A stretch of 64,000 nt of DNA, taken from a bacterium. Lineage in GTDB: Bacteria > Electryoneota > RPQS01 > DYHQ01. The notes under the pieces were generated by a model that was not told where the DNA came from, made no database searches, and saw only the letters and a list, made by a program, of their open reading frames with translations. A program made the translations under genes and the position numbers. This document shows positions 56,664-64,000 of this stretch, piece by piece (the stretch's first letter is position 1; each line of letters opens with the position of its first letter). Where the stretch lies: positions 29,140-93,139 of the forward strand of contig JAUXGA010000012.1 in NCBI GenBank assembly GCA_030622545.1, read 5' to 3'.

Positions 56664-56939
56664 TTACTCCCGGCTGGTTTTCGCTTTGGGCTCCTTTAGG
56701 AAAATCGCAATCGGGATGATGACGCAATAACCCAAAACCAGAAGAACGGGCGCCAGCGTTACCGAAATGAATCCATCCACTGGTGGCCGGGAAAGGCAAA
56801 TGAAGCCGATTATGATGACCAAAATCCCTAATCCCAACCCCAGGTAATTTATGCGAGTGAAGGGAAGTCGGAAGGAGGTGGTGTCTTTCTTTTTGCGGGT
56901 TCGGGAAGCCGAACGCGCCTGAGCCTTTGGTGATGCCAC
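56664..56939 (-). CDS. Small membrane protein (basic N-terminus, two TM helices), hypothetical
   Basis: 91-aa ORF; ...GLGLGILVIIIGFICL...LAPVLLVLGYCVIIPIAIFL; no domain recognised. Confidence 0.3.
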   Translation of the reverse strand: MASPKAQARSASRTRKKKDTTSFRLPFTRINYLGLGLGILVIIIGFICLSRPPVDGFISVTLAPVLLVLGYCVIIPIAIFLKEPKAKTSRE

Positions 56940-57014
56940 GAGACCGTTTCCTATTTTAATCAGGTTAAGTTAGGGATTTTCTCAGACTTTGTCAAGTGAC
57001 TCTTTTAGCTCCAC

Positions 57015-57638
57015 TTACCTCTTATTCATGGCGCGAGATGAATCTTCCTCTTCACGACCTCTCGTTACATAAACAAGCGGCAAGCTCAGAACAGCAACCA
57101 CCATCTTGATGATATACTGCCCAAGAATCAGCTTCCAAATCGGAAAGACCCCGGCAAAGGCAATCGTGATGAAAAGGATGCTGTCTATAAGAGTCGAGAC
57201 CGCGTTCGAGGTAATCACGCGCAGCCAAGGCTTGGCTCCCCAGCGCACAACGACCCAGTGATAAATTTCCCGGTCCGTAAACGAAGCGACCAGATAAGCT
57301 GTGAGACTTGCGATAACAATGCGCGGCGTAGAACCCAAAACACTTGAAAACGCTTCCGCGTGCGGATAGAAACGAGCGGCGGGAAGCGCCACCGCGAACC
57401 ATGCATAAAACGCCAATAAAGCATTCGCCGCGAATCCCGCCCAGATAACCGTGCGAAGTCCTTTGTAGCCTACCTCGCGATGAAGCACATCGAGAAGTGT
57501 AAACGTTATCGCATAGAGAAAGATTGCCGCGGGCACGACAATCGGGCCGAGCTGCACCGGCTTGGCGGCGGTAACGTTCGAGATGATTTCACAGGCAATA
57601 AAAAGACCGACCCAAAAAACCGTCAGCTTGCCCTTCAT
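57015..57638 (-). CDS. Queuosine-precursor transporter (YhhQ/QueT, Vut_1 family)
   Basis: Start ATG 57638 (MKGKLTVFWVGLFIACEIISNVTAAKPVQ...), ATGA overlap with queF stop; longer track ORF from 57758 overlaps queF. Confidence 0.7.
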   Translation of the reverse strand: MKGKLTVFWVGLFIACEIISNVTAAKPVQLGPIVVPAAIFLYAITFTLLDVLHREVGYKGLRTVIWAGFAANALLAFYAWFAVALPAARFYPHAEAFSSVLGSTPRIVIASLTAYLVASFTDREIYHWVVVRWGAKPWLRVITSNAVSTLIDSILFITIAFAGVFPIWKLILGQYIIKMVVAVLSLPLVYVTRGREEEDSSRAMNKR

Positions 57639-58051
57639 CCTTTGTGCCCTTTTATTTGACTCGGTGGAGCAGACTTCATATATTCCACCTGAACCCGCGT
57701 CGTAATCCCGCCGCGGGCGGTGAAATCCCCGATAACTTCCATCCATCGCGGGCGGCAAAGCTTCACCAAATCATCCAGAATCATATTCACGGCAGCTTCG
57801 TAGTAGATGCCTGCGTTTCGGAAAGCAAGGAAATAGAATTTCAGGGATTTCAATTCGAGGCAAAGTTTGTCCGGTGTGTAGCAGACGATAATCGTCCCGA
57901 AATCCGGTTGTCCCGTGACCGGACAGACCGAAGTGTATTCCGGATTCTCGATGCGAATCGTGTAATCGCGCTCGGGATTCGGATTCGGAAAGGTGACGAC
58001 TTCCGGTCGCGCGACCGGCTTATTTTTAGCAGATTTTTTTGTCGGCGTCAT
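57635..58051 (-). CDS. queF: NADPH-dependent 7-cyano-7-deazaguanine (preQ0) reductase, unimodular type
   Basis: YTSVCPVTGQPDFGTIIV (catalytic Cys) and ELKSLKFYF (QueF E(S/L)K(S/A)hK(L/Y)(Y/F/W) motif). Confidence 0.85.
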   Translation of the reverse strand: MTPTKKSAKNKPVARPEVVTFPNPNPERDYTIRIENPEYTSVCPVTGQPDFGTIIVCYTPDKLCLELKSLKFYFLAFRNAGIYYEAAVNMILDDLVKLCRPRWMEVIGDFTARGGITTRVQVEYMKSAPPSQIKGHKG

Positions 58052-58052
58052 G

Positions 58053-60578
58053 TTACTCCAATATATATTCAGGGGGAACCATAAAAAGAAACTCTCCGGA
58101 TTGCCGGTTCATGCGCCGCAGGATTTCGAGCTCATAGTCCGCGCTGTTTTCAATTTTGTTCTTCATCAGCCATCCAAAGGGCCCACTCCGTTTGAAGAGA
58201 GCATCGAAATTGATGAATTTGCGTTTAGGATATTCGACGATTTCCACATAGCGATTCGGTGAAAGTCCCGCCCTCTCCTTCGCCAGCGTCAAGGCATCTT
58301 CCAGTCCGCCGATGCGATCCACCAATTTGAGCTCGAGGCCGCGGCGTCCCATATACACGCGACCCTGACCGACGGAATCCACATACGCGGTTTCGAGGTC
58401 TCGCCTTTCGGCGACTTTTTCCACAAAATTATCATAGAATTTCAACATCAGTCGTTTCACCTGCCGCTGCTCTTCATCATTTAAATTCCTATCGGGGACT
58501 GCGACATTCAGGAAAGGAAGGCGGATTCCGCTCCCCAGATCCGCGTGATTCCCTCGTTGGACATGGTCATATGTAAAACCGATTTTGTCACCGAAGCCGT
58601 CGTTGTAAAGCCAGCCGCCGATGACGCCGATGGAAGCGGTAATCGTGTAGGGAGACACGAAGATATCATCAGCGCTCATACTTATCCAGTAGCCACCGGA
58701 TGCCGCGACGTTGCCCTGCGTGACAATCATCGGTTTCTTCTCTGAAACCTTCCCCACGCCCTCATCCACGAGATCCGATGGCAACGCATCGCCGCCGGGA
58801 GAATCCGCGCGCAAAACAACAGCTTTGATGCGTTTGTTCTTGGCTAGTTTTGAAAGTACGCGCGAAGTATAGCGACCGCGAATACCGGTTTCCAAATCGC
58901 AGAGTCCCAAAGCATACACCAGAGCGATTTGCGGGGGTATTCCCCATTCATCGCGCTCGGCGCGTTCTTCCAAAAGCGAGCCGTATGAAGTGAAGAAGAT
59001 AGTCCTTTTTCCGGATACTTCCTTTGCGAATTTTTTCGCCTTGTCCCGGCGTCCGATGGTATCCACCAGACCAAATCTCACTGCTTCATCGGCTGTAAAA
59101 TAGAGTTCATGATTGACAAGACTGTCGAATTTCGCGCGAGACATCTTTCGAACAGCGGAGACGTCTTTGGCGAATTCATCATACGTGTCCCCGACGAGTT
59201 CGTCTCTTTGTTCCCGGTCGGCTTCCGAAAAATTCTCGCGGGATAGTGCCTCAAAAGCGGATTTATATTTGAAATATCTCCATTCATCGACACCGATACC
59301 GATTTTCTCGAAGAAGTTCTTCCAGAACGTCCGTCCCATGTTGAACCCCGGCAGCATGATGGCTCCGATGGGATCCATCCAGATTTTATCCCCGACGGAT
59401 GCCAGATAATATTCCCACATGCCGGCGCGTTCAAAATAGACAATCAGCTTCTTGTCGCTCTTTTTGAAATCAATGAGTTTTTCGCGCAGCTCCCAGATGA
59501 GTTCGGGGCCGCTGACCCAACCCCACCCGCTGGAAAATCCGGTCAAATCCAGAACAATACCTCCGACCAGCGGATTGTTCTTGGCGTCCTCAATTTGCTG
59601 AATTAAATCAATCAGCGGATGTTTTTTGTCATCAAATAATTTAGCTTTCTGATAGGATAAATGTCCCTTTAATTTCATCGTTTGAAAAACTCGCCGGTGG
59701 CCTATGAGAGCCATCACAGGCAAACCGCTCACTAACGGACCCGAGCGCACGAGATAGCTGGTCGACGTCTGCTCGCTGTCTTTGTCATAGTGAGGTGTCA
59801 CATGGAATCCAAATCCGTCGATGGTCAGTCCGAGGCGCAGGCTGTAGCTTTGAGTTCGCACGCCAAGCTCGCTTAACTCCTCAGTCTTGAGTGCCAATCG
59901 AATTCCGGAAAAGGGTTCGACTTCAAGTCCGACGCCCCAATCCACATCATCGAACCGGTCTTTTTCATTAAAAGAAACATCTCCGAAAATCGTAGCGAAG
60001 GGTGTTCCGAAAGGCCGGATGCCCAAATCCACCATAGCGCGCCGTTCCGGATGCTCCAGCGAAAAGACTGTCGCGGCTCCAAAAGAAGCGTGACGGCAAG
60101 GTCTCCAAAGTGAGCCTAAAGTCAACAGCTTGCTCCGGCGTTCCGGAATCTCATTTCCCTGAGAAAAAGTGTAGGCCACACCGAAAGATGTTTCTCTATC
60201 ACCCCCCGCCAAGGCAAACTGATAATCCATCACGCGAGCGGTTCCGGTTTGCGAGTACAAACGAGTCATCGAAGGATAAGTGGAGCGGCGCATACTGAAG
60301 CCGACTCCACCTCCGCCCATGAATAATCCCCAATTATCCAGATAATTTTCTCGGATGGAGCGGTCGTTCCAAGTGAACGCGACTTCTCCGCGTTTCATCA
60401 TCGCCCAGACCGCGGGATTGAAATACGCTCCGGCCGCGCCACCCATAGCGCCCGGCGTTCCCGCTAAAAAACGCGATTCGGTCGCATAATCGGGAATATG
60501 CGTCGCGCCGGACTGAGCGATTGCCGCTATCGGCAACAACGCCACAAGTAGGATTCCTGTTATCCATTTCTTCGTCAT
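58053..60578 (-). CDS. SppA-like tandem S49 peptidase (protease IV, 67K type) fused to a ~280-aa N-terminal FadL/PorV-like beta-rich domain
   Basis: Signal peptide; N-terminal AGTPGAMGGAAGAYFNPAVWAMM (FadL/PorV-type N-terminal motif) and amphipathic beta-strands; S49 domain 1 (GGIVLDLTGFSSGWG, KKLIVYF); S49 domain 2 (AVVLRADSPGGD, IVTQGNVAASGGYWISMSADDIFVSP catalytic Ser); stop 1 nt before queF. Confidence 0.6.
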   Translation of the reverse strand: MTKKWITGILLVALLPIAAIAQSGATHIPDYATESRFLAGTPGAMGGAAGAYFNPAVWAMMKRGEVAFTWNDRSIRENYLDNWGLFMGGGGVGFSMRRSTYPSMTRLYSQTGTARVMDYQFALAGGDRETSFGVAYTFSQGNEIPERRSKLLTLGSLWRPCRHASFGAATVFSLEHPERRAMVDLGIRPFGTPFATIFGDVSFNEKDRFDDVDWGVGLEVEPFSGIRLALKTEELSELGVRTQSYSLRLGLTIDGFGFHVTPHYDKDSEQTSTSYLVRSGPLVSGLPVMALIGHRRVFQTMKLKGHLSYQKAKLFDDKKHPLIDLIQQIEDAKNNPLVGGIVLDLTGFSSGWGWVSGPELIWELREKLIDFKKSDKKLIVYFERAGMWEYYLASVGDKIWMDPIGAIMLPGFNMGRTFWKNFFEKIGIGVDEWRYFKYKSAFEALSRENFSEADREQRDELVGDTYDEFAKDVSAVRKMSRAKFDSLVNHELYFTADEAVRFGLVDTIGRRDKAKKFAKEVSGKRTIFFTSYGSLLEERAERDEWGIPPQIALVYALGLCDLETGIRGRYTSRVLSKLAKNKRIKAVVLRADSPGGDALPSDLVDEGVGKVSEKKPMIVTQGNVAASGGYWISMSADDIFVSPYTITASIGVIGGWLYNDGFGDKIGFTYDHVQRGNHADLGSGIRLPFLNVAVPDRNLNDEEQRQVKRLMLKFYDNFVEKVAERRDLETAYVDSVGQGRVYMGRRGLELKLVDRIGGLEDALTLAKERAGLSPNRYVEIVEYPKRKFINFDALFKRSGPFGWLMKNKIENSADYELEILRRMNRQSGEFLFMVPPEYILE

Positions 60579-60642
60579 ATTATCTCCATCTCCTGCGTGA
60601 GTATTTTAAATTTCTCACCCCGCCTGCGGGAGGGGTAACCTT

Positions 60643-61902
60643 TTACGGTTGTGATTTCGTCTCCATAAGAATCGGAACCACTTTTTCGGCGCGCACCCAA
60701 GCAGCGTCTATGCCGACTTTCATGCCGTCGAGCGTACTGCCAAGGGGTTTTAAGGGCGTGTGAATAAAATCCGCCGAATGGTTTTGCCCTCTCATGGGAA
60801 TCTGCACTCGCGCGAAACAATTATCCCCCGGACAATCCCAGTATCTCTCGCGCCAGATATGCCCCGACATCTCCCAGTCTTGCGTCGAGACGAATCCTTC
60901 AACGGGATTCGGAATCGCCACTTCGTACCAGTCACCCGCTTTCCACCAGACACGCGTGGAGACTCTCGGCGGCAATGTATCGAAAGGAACTTCGGTATGC
61001 CCGCGTTCTATTACTGAATCGAACGTCCGCAAGCTCATCGGCACCGGCGTGTGGGATGCGATAGCTACGGTGGAGAAATTGCGCGCAGACGCCCCCGGTC
61101 TCCACAAGGAAATTCCATGGTCTGTGCTGAAAAAAAGAGAATCACCTTCGCGATGAGCTCCGAGAATACGTTCGCCAAAAATCCCCAGCGATTTCAAGTT
61201 CACTTCAAAAAAATCGCCGGATTCGATTCGATAGACATAGAGCAGGGAACGCTCATCTTTTTCGGATTCAGAGTCAAAGAGAATCAGAATCGAATCCGAA
61301 AACGCCGTGATCCATTTCGGGCTGCTTTTTCCGATGTCAGCGCTGTAAAGCCGAACGAATCGTTCGGTTTGAAGATTTAGCCAACCCAAACCGCTGACGA
61401 CGGCATCGGTGCCTTCATCGAAAAGGGTCAATCCAAACCAGACGCGTCCTTCCGTTGTGGCGATTGGCCCCATCTCTTCGACCAGAGCCAGCACCTCTTC
61501 CGATTCGGTCTCGCGCACTTTTTCCATTTCCCGGAGAGCGGCATCCGTCGGGTAGGGCAGAACAAAAGCTTTCCGGGTCATAACACCTTGAAACCACCAG
61601 AGCGTATCTCCCGCTATCGCAAAGCGGTTGCCTCCATGCGAGATACGCAGGCGCTTTTCCGCGGGTGAAACCGCTACAAGAGACTCGGGAACACAACCGG
61701 GACGCTCGGCTTTAAATTTCCAGACAGCCGTCCATGCTTCCCCCTGAAAATAGACCGCCGTGCTGTCGGCTGAAATATCTGGAAATGTCTGCAGATAAGT
61801 CAGCTCTTGCGCGACTGACGGAGTCGTCGTTAGAAGAAAAAAGCCGCAGATAAATGCTGCGCTCCATCGCAGAATGCGTGAATCCATGCCGTTTGCTTTC
61901 AT
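60643..61902 (-). CDS. Secreted hypothetical protein (~420 aa)
   Basis: Start chosen ATG 61902 giving signal peptide MKANGMDSRILRWSAAFICGFFLLTTTPSVAQ (track start 61953 is TTG overlapping upstream stop); no recognisable domain. Confidence 0.45.
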   Translation of the reverse strand: MKANGMDSRILRWSAAFICGFFLLTTTPSVAQELTYLQTFPDISADSTAVYFQGEAWTAVWKFKAERPGCVPESLVAVSPAEKRLRISHGGNRFAIAGDTLWWFQGVMTRKAFVLPYPTDAALREMEKVRETESEEVLALVEEMGPIATTEGRVWFGLTLFDEGTDAVVSGLGWLNLQTERFVRLYSADIGKSSPKWITAFSDSILILFDSESEKDERSLLYVYRIESGDFFEVNLKSLGIFGERILGAHREGDSLFFSTDHGISLWRPGASARNFSTVAIASHTPVPMSLRTFDSVIERGHTEVPFDTLPPRVSTRVWWKAGDWYEVAIPNPVEGFVSTQDWEMSGHIWRERYWDCPGDNCFARVQIPMRGQNHSADFIHTPLKPLGSTLDGMKVGIDAAWVRAEKVVPILMETKSQP

Positions 61903-61949
61903 TGGATTAGATAAGTCAAAGGTGTTTCTTGTTGCAGGTATCAAGAAAT

Positions 61950-62342
61950 TCAAGAAGATAAACGTTGGTCTGCCGAAGGAATTATCCCGATGAAGGGGAT
62001 AAATCCAAGACAGGCATACGTGAAATATGGGCCGGCTCCCGCGAAGACATTCCGCAGCGCCAGATTCAAAAGAAAGACAATCAGAACGGCAATGAGTGTG
62101 CGAATGAATCCCAGTCCTAATCCGATGCGGAGAATGACAAAATCGACAATGAGGATGATAATCTGCGTCAACCAGCCATGCCCCAATGCTCCGCCTAAAA
62201 ACCAGTTTGCCACCATAATCAGGAAAACGGTGATGAAAAGGCGGAAGATACCGGGGACGCGCTCGGTTTTGCGCGTCAGCAGATGACAGGCGACATAATA
62301 GAGCAGCGCCTGAATGAAAAGGAATAAGAAAAATTGCAACAT
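61950..62342 (-). CDS. Small polytopic membrane protein (4 TM), hypothetical
   Basis: 130 aa, highly hydrophobic; overlaps the downstream ORF by 4 nt if the TTG start is used. Confidence 0.45.
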   Translation of the reverse strand: MLQFFLFLFIQALLYYVACHLLTRKTERVPGIFRLFITVFLIMVANWFLGGALGHGWLTQIIILIVDFVILRIGLGLGFIRTLIAVLIVFLLNLALRNVFAGAGPYFTYACLGFIPFIGIIPSADQRLSS

Positions 62343-62377
62343 GAATGCCTCTTCTGATATTTCAGGTTATCTCGCCG

Positions 62378-62552
62378 TTGTGGGTCTCCAGACCCGCAAT
62401 GGTGAGAAGAGTGCAGTTCCGGCCGGGTTACGCGCGGTGAGTTTATCGTTGTGTAGACGGGAATTTGCGCTGAGCCCGGCTCGGCGGGAAACGCGGGCTT
62501 CAAATCTCGCTATTGTAGGTCTCATGGGCCCGCAATGGCGAGATATTGCACT
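62378..62552. repeat. Second copy of the composite repeat: conserved hairpin core (62417-62490) flanked by two ~35-nt direct repeats ttgtRggtctc..cccgcaatggYgaga..tgcac (different from the flanks at locus 39451)
   Basis: Core ttccggccgggttacgcgcggtgagtttatcgtt...gcgctgagcccggctcggcgg vs 39490-39562; flanks 62378-62417 and 62511-62552 ~80% identical to each other. Confidence 0.7.
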
Positions 62553-63803
62553 CTATTTCAGATAGACAAGACGCGTCCGGGCGATTCCCGAAATTCCACT
62601 GACTCGCGCGAAATAAATTCCCGTTGCCAATACTTCCGGATTGAACAACATCTCGAAATCTCCACCAAGAAAAATCGGTCGCGTCAGGATTTTCCGCCCC
62701 GCCAAGTCAAAAATCTCCAGCGTATGCCAGCCAGTTTTTGCGCGGGCGAATTTTAATCGCACCGAACTGTTGAAAGGATTCGGGTACGCGGAGATTTCGA
62801 ATTTTCCCGGCACAAGTTGCGGCGGTGAAGGTTCGGCATCTGTTACCGGAGTATAGCGAATCAGCGTCAAGCCGCTCACGGTTGCCACCGCGACATAAGC
62901 TTCCATATCGATGGTCTCGGTATCCATACGGCGAATCTGAGTCCCCACATTGGCGGACGCGGCAAAGCTCGGCGGCATTTCGGTTTCATCAATGTGAAGA
63001 ACATCTCCATTCGCAAGGCCGATCAGTGTCTGATACCCGCCTCCTTCGCAAACCGCTTGAATCACGAAAGACGCTCCGAAAGAACCGGCTTGACTGAGAG
63101 GACTTACGTTTAATGCAAGCAGGCTCGCCGCGCGCGCGACACCGACATACGGCGGTGAATACGCAACAGGAGTGGCAGGTAGTCCGGCTCCGAAATGCGA
63201 GTTTCGCGAGGGTTGCCTTGGATTCGAAATATCCAGCTCGACGACACCATTGGTTCCGCCCGCCCATACGCGGTGCGTAGCCCAGTCCAAAGCAACACTG
63301 CTTGTAGGGTGAGTGTAGGTAGCCAGAACATGCGGCGCTGCCGGGTTTCGCACACCGCATATCACGACAGCCGTTCCGATAGCGACAACAACTATCGTGT
63401 CATCCACGGCAATATCGAGACATTGGCCTGTTAGAATGGTCGTATGAACATGGGACGGCGAGCGCGGATTTGAAATATCCACGACAGCAAATCCAGCGGC
63501 TCCCCCGGCGCAATACGCGTAATCTCCTTCGACATCCACCGCTTCCATAACCATCCCCAACACAAGATCGCCGAGAATTGAAGGCGATGTGGGGCGAGCG
63601 ATGGTAATAGCCGTAAAATCCGTCTGGCCAACTGTATAGGCGATGGTGTCACGGATGACGACTCCTTCGCGATCCGGCACGTTCAGCGAACCTACGACTT
63701 CCATACTCCGTGCAGGCTCGACATGCAAAAAGCTCGAAAGCAACAGAACAGCAAGCGTCAGGGTGAAAGACGCGCTTGTGGTCGTTCGGGGAGTGTGTTC
63801 CAT
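62553..63803 (-). CDS. LVIVD-repeat beta-propeller protein with T9SS C-terminal sorting domain
   Basis: Repeats VVDISNPRSP / LDISNPRQP; signal peptide; C-terminus FEISAYPNPFNSSVRLKF...GIYFARV...RLVYLK; start ATG 63803 with GAGGA SD (track start 63809). Confidence 0.65.
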   Translation of the reverse strand: MEHTPRTTTSASFTLTLAVLLLSSFLHVEPARSMEVVGSLNVPDREGVVIRDTIAYTVGQTDFTAITIARPTSPSILGDLVLGMVMEAVDVEGDYAYCAGGAAGFAVVDISNPRSPSHVHTTILTGQCLDIAVDDTIVVVAIGTAVVICGVRNPAAPHVLATYTHPTSSVALDWATHRVWAGGTNGVVELDISNPRQPSRNSHFGAGLPATPVAYSPPYVGVARAASLLALNVSPLSQAGSFGASFVIQAVCEGGGYQTLIGLANGDVLHIDETEMPPSFAASANVGTQIRRMDTETIDMEAYVAVATVSGLTLIRYTPVTDAEPSPPQLVPGKFEISAYPNPFNSSVRLKFARAKTGWHTLEIFDLAGRKILTRPIFLGGDFEMLFNPEVLATGIYFARVSGISGIARTRLVYLK

Positions 63804-64000
63804 ATCCATGTCCTCATTGCCTGTTGGAAGCTGTTGTTTGCTTTCGGGATAGACGGTCTATTCCGATAGTTCAAAGGTAAGAAACTTTACAAGGATTTGC
63901 AACTCAATTTTCTGGAACATCCCCCCGCCCGAACAAGCATTTGAAACGGTACTTGATTATATGGATTTTTCTTTTAGCTTTCATCTATTGAACTCACGTG

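Overview
Reading the 64-kb window: a high-GC (~57-60%) bacterial chromosome segment from an organism with a type IX secretion system (several proteins end in the Por_Secre_tail motif 'YPNPFNP...'). It also uses sigma70-type TTGACA-17-TATAAT promoters and Shine-Dalgarno sites, so it is probably a non-Bacteroidota T9SS-bearing lineage; the phylum cannot be resolved from sequence alone. Four blocks follow. (1) 1-28846: a divergently organised alpha-glucan (starch/glycogen) utilisation locus. Minus strand: a secreted GDE_C debranching-type glycosidase (partial), a GH13 amylase and a tandem-CBM20 protein (both T9SS cargo), a PorV/PorQ-like barrel translationally coupled to a 1151-aa protein with Ca-binding TSP3-like repeats, and a TonB-dependent receptor. 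Plus strand: two GH57 paralogues, a CBM-rich protein, a GH31 alpha-glucosidase and an SSF symporter. (2) 28847-32856: an AT-rich island with two tandem SPPY-motif DNA methyltransferases and a 602-aa candidate endonuclease, a Type IIS-like restriction-modification system. (3) 33585-49028: a 15-kb aromatic amino-acid supraoperon: trpEGDCFB, a repeat element, trpA, chorismate mutase, two DAHP synthases, tyrA, aroA, aroE, aroC, aroK and an aroB-aroQ fusion. It is preceded by a consensus promoter with an embedded 12-bp palindrome, a 27-codon leader peptide with three Trp codons, and an intrinsic terminator, i.e. a Trp attenuator. (4) 49330-63809, minus strand: a response regulator, a 1651-aa hybrid histidine kinase with about 10 PAS domains including duplicated Cys-rich PAS modules, tRNA-Val and tRNA-Asp with a partial tRNA-Asp duplicate, a queF-queT pair coupled to an unusual SppA-like S49 protease carrying an N-terminal FadL/PorV-like domain, hypothetical proteins, and an LVIVD beta-propeller T9SS cargo. 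Two species-specific repeat families (REP-like hairpins, and a composite element with a conserved ~75-nt hairpin core) punctuate intergenic regions. No rRNA, CRISPR array or recognisable transposase/integrase gene was seen.
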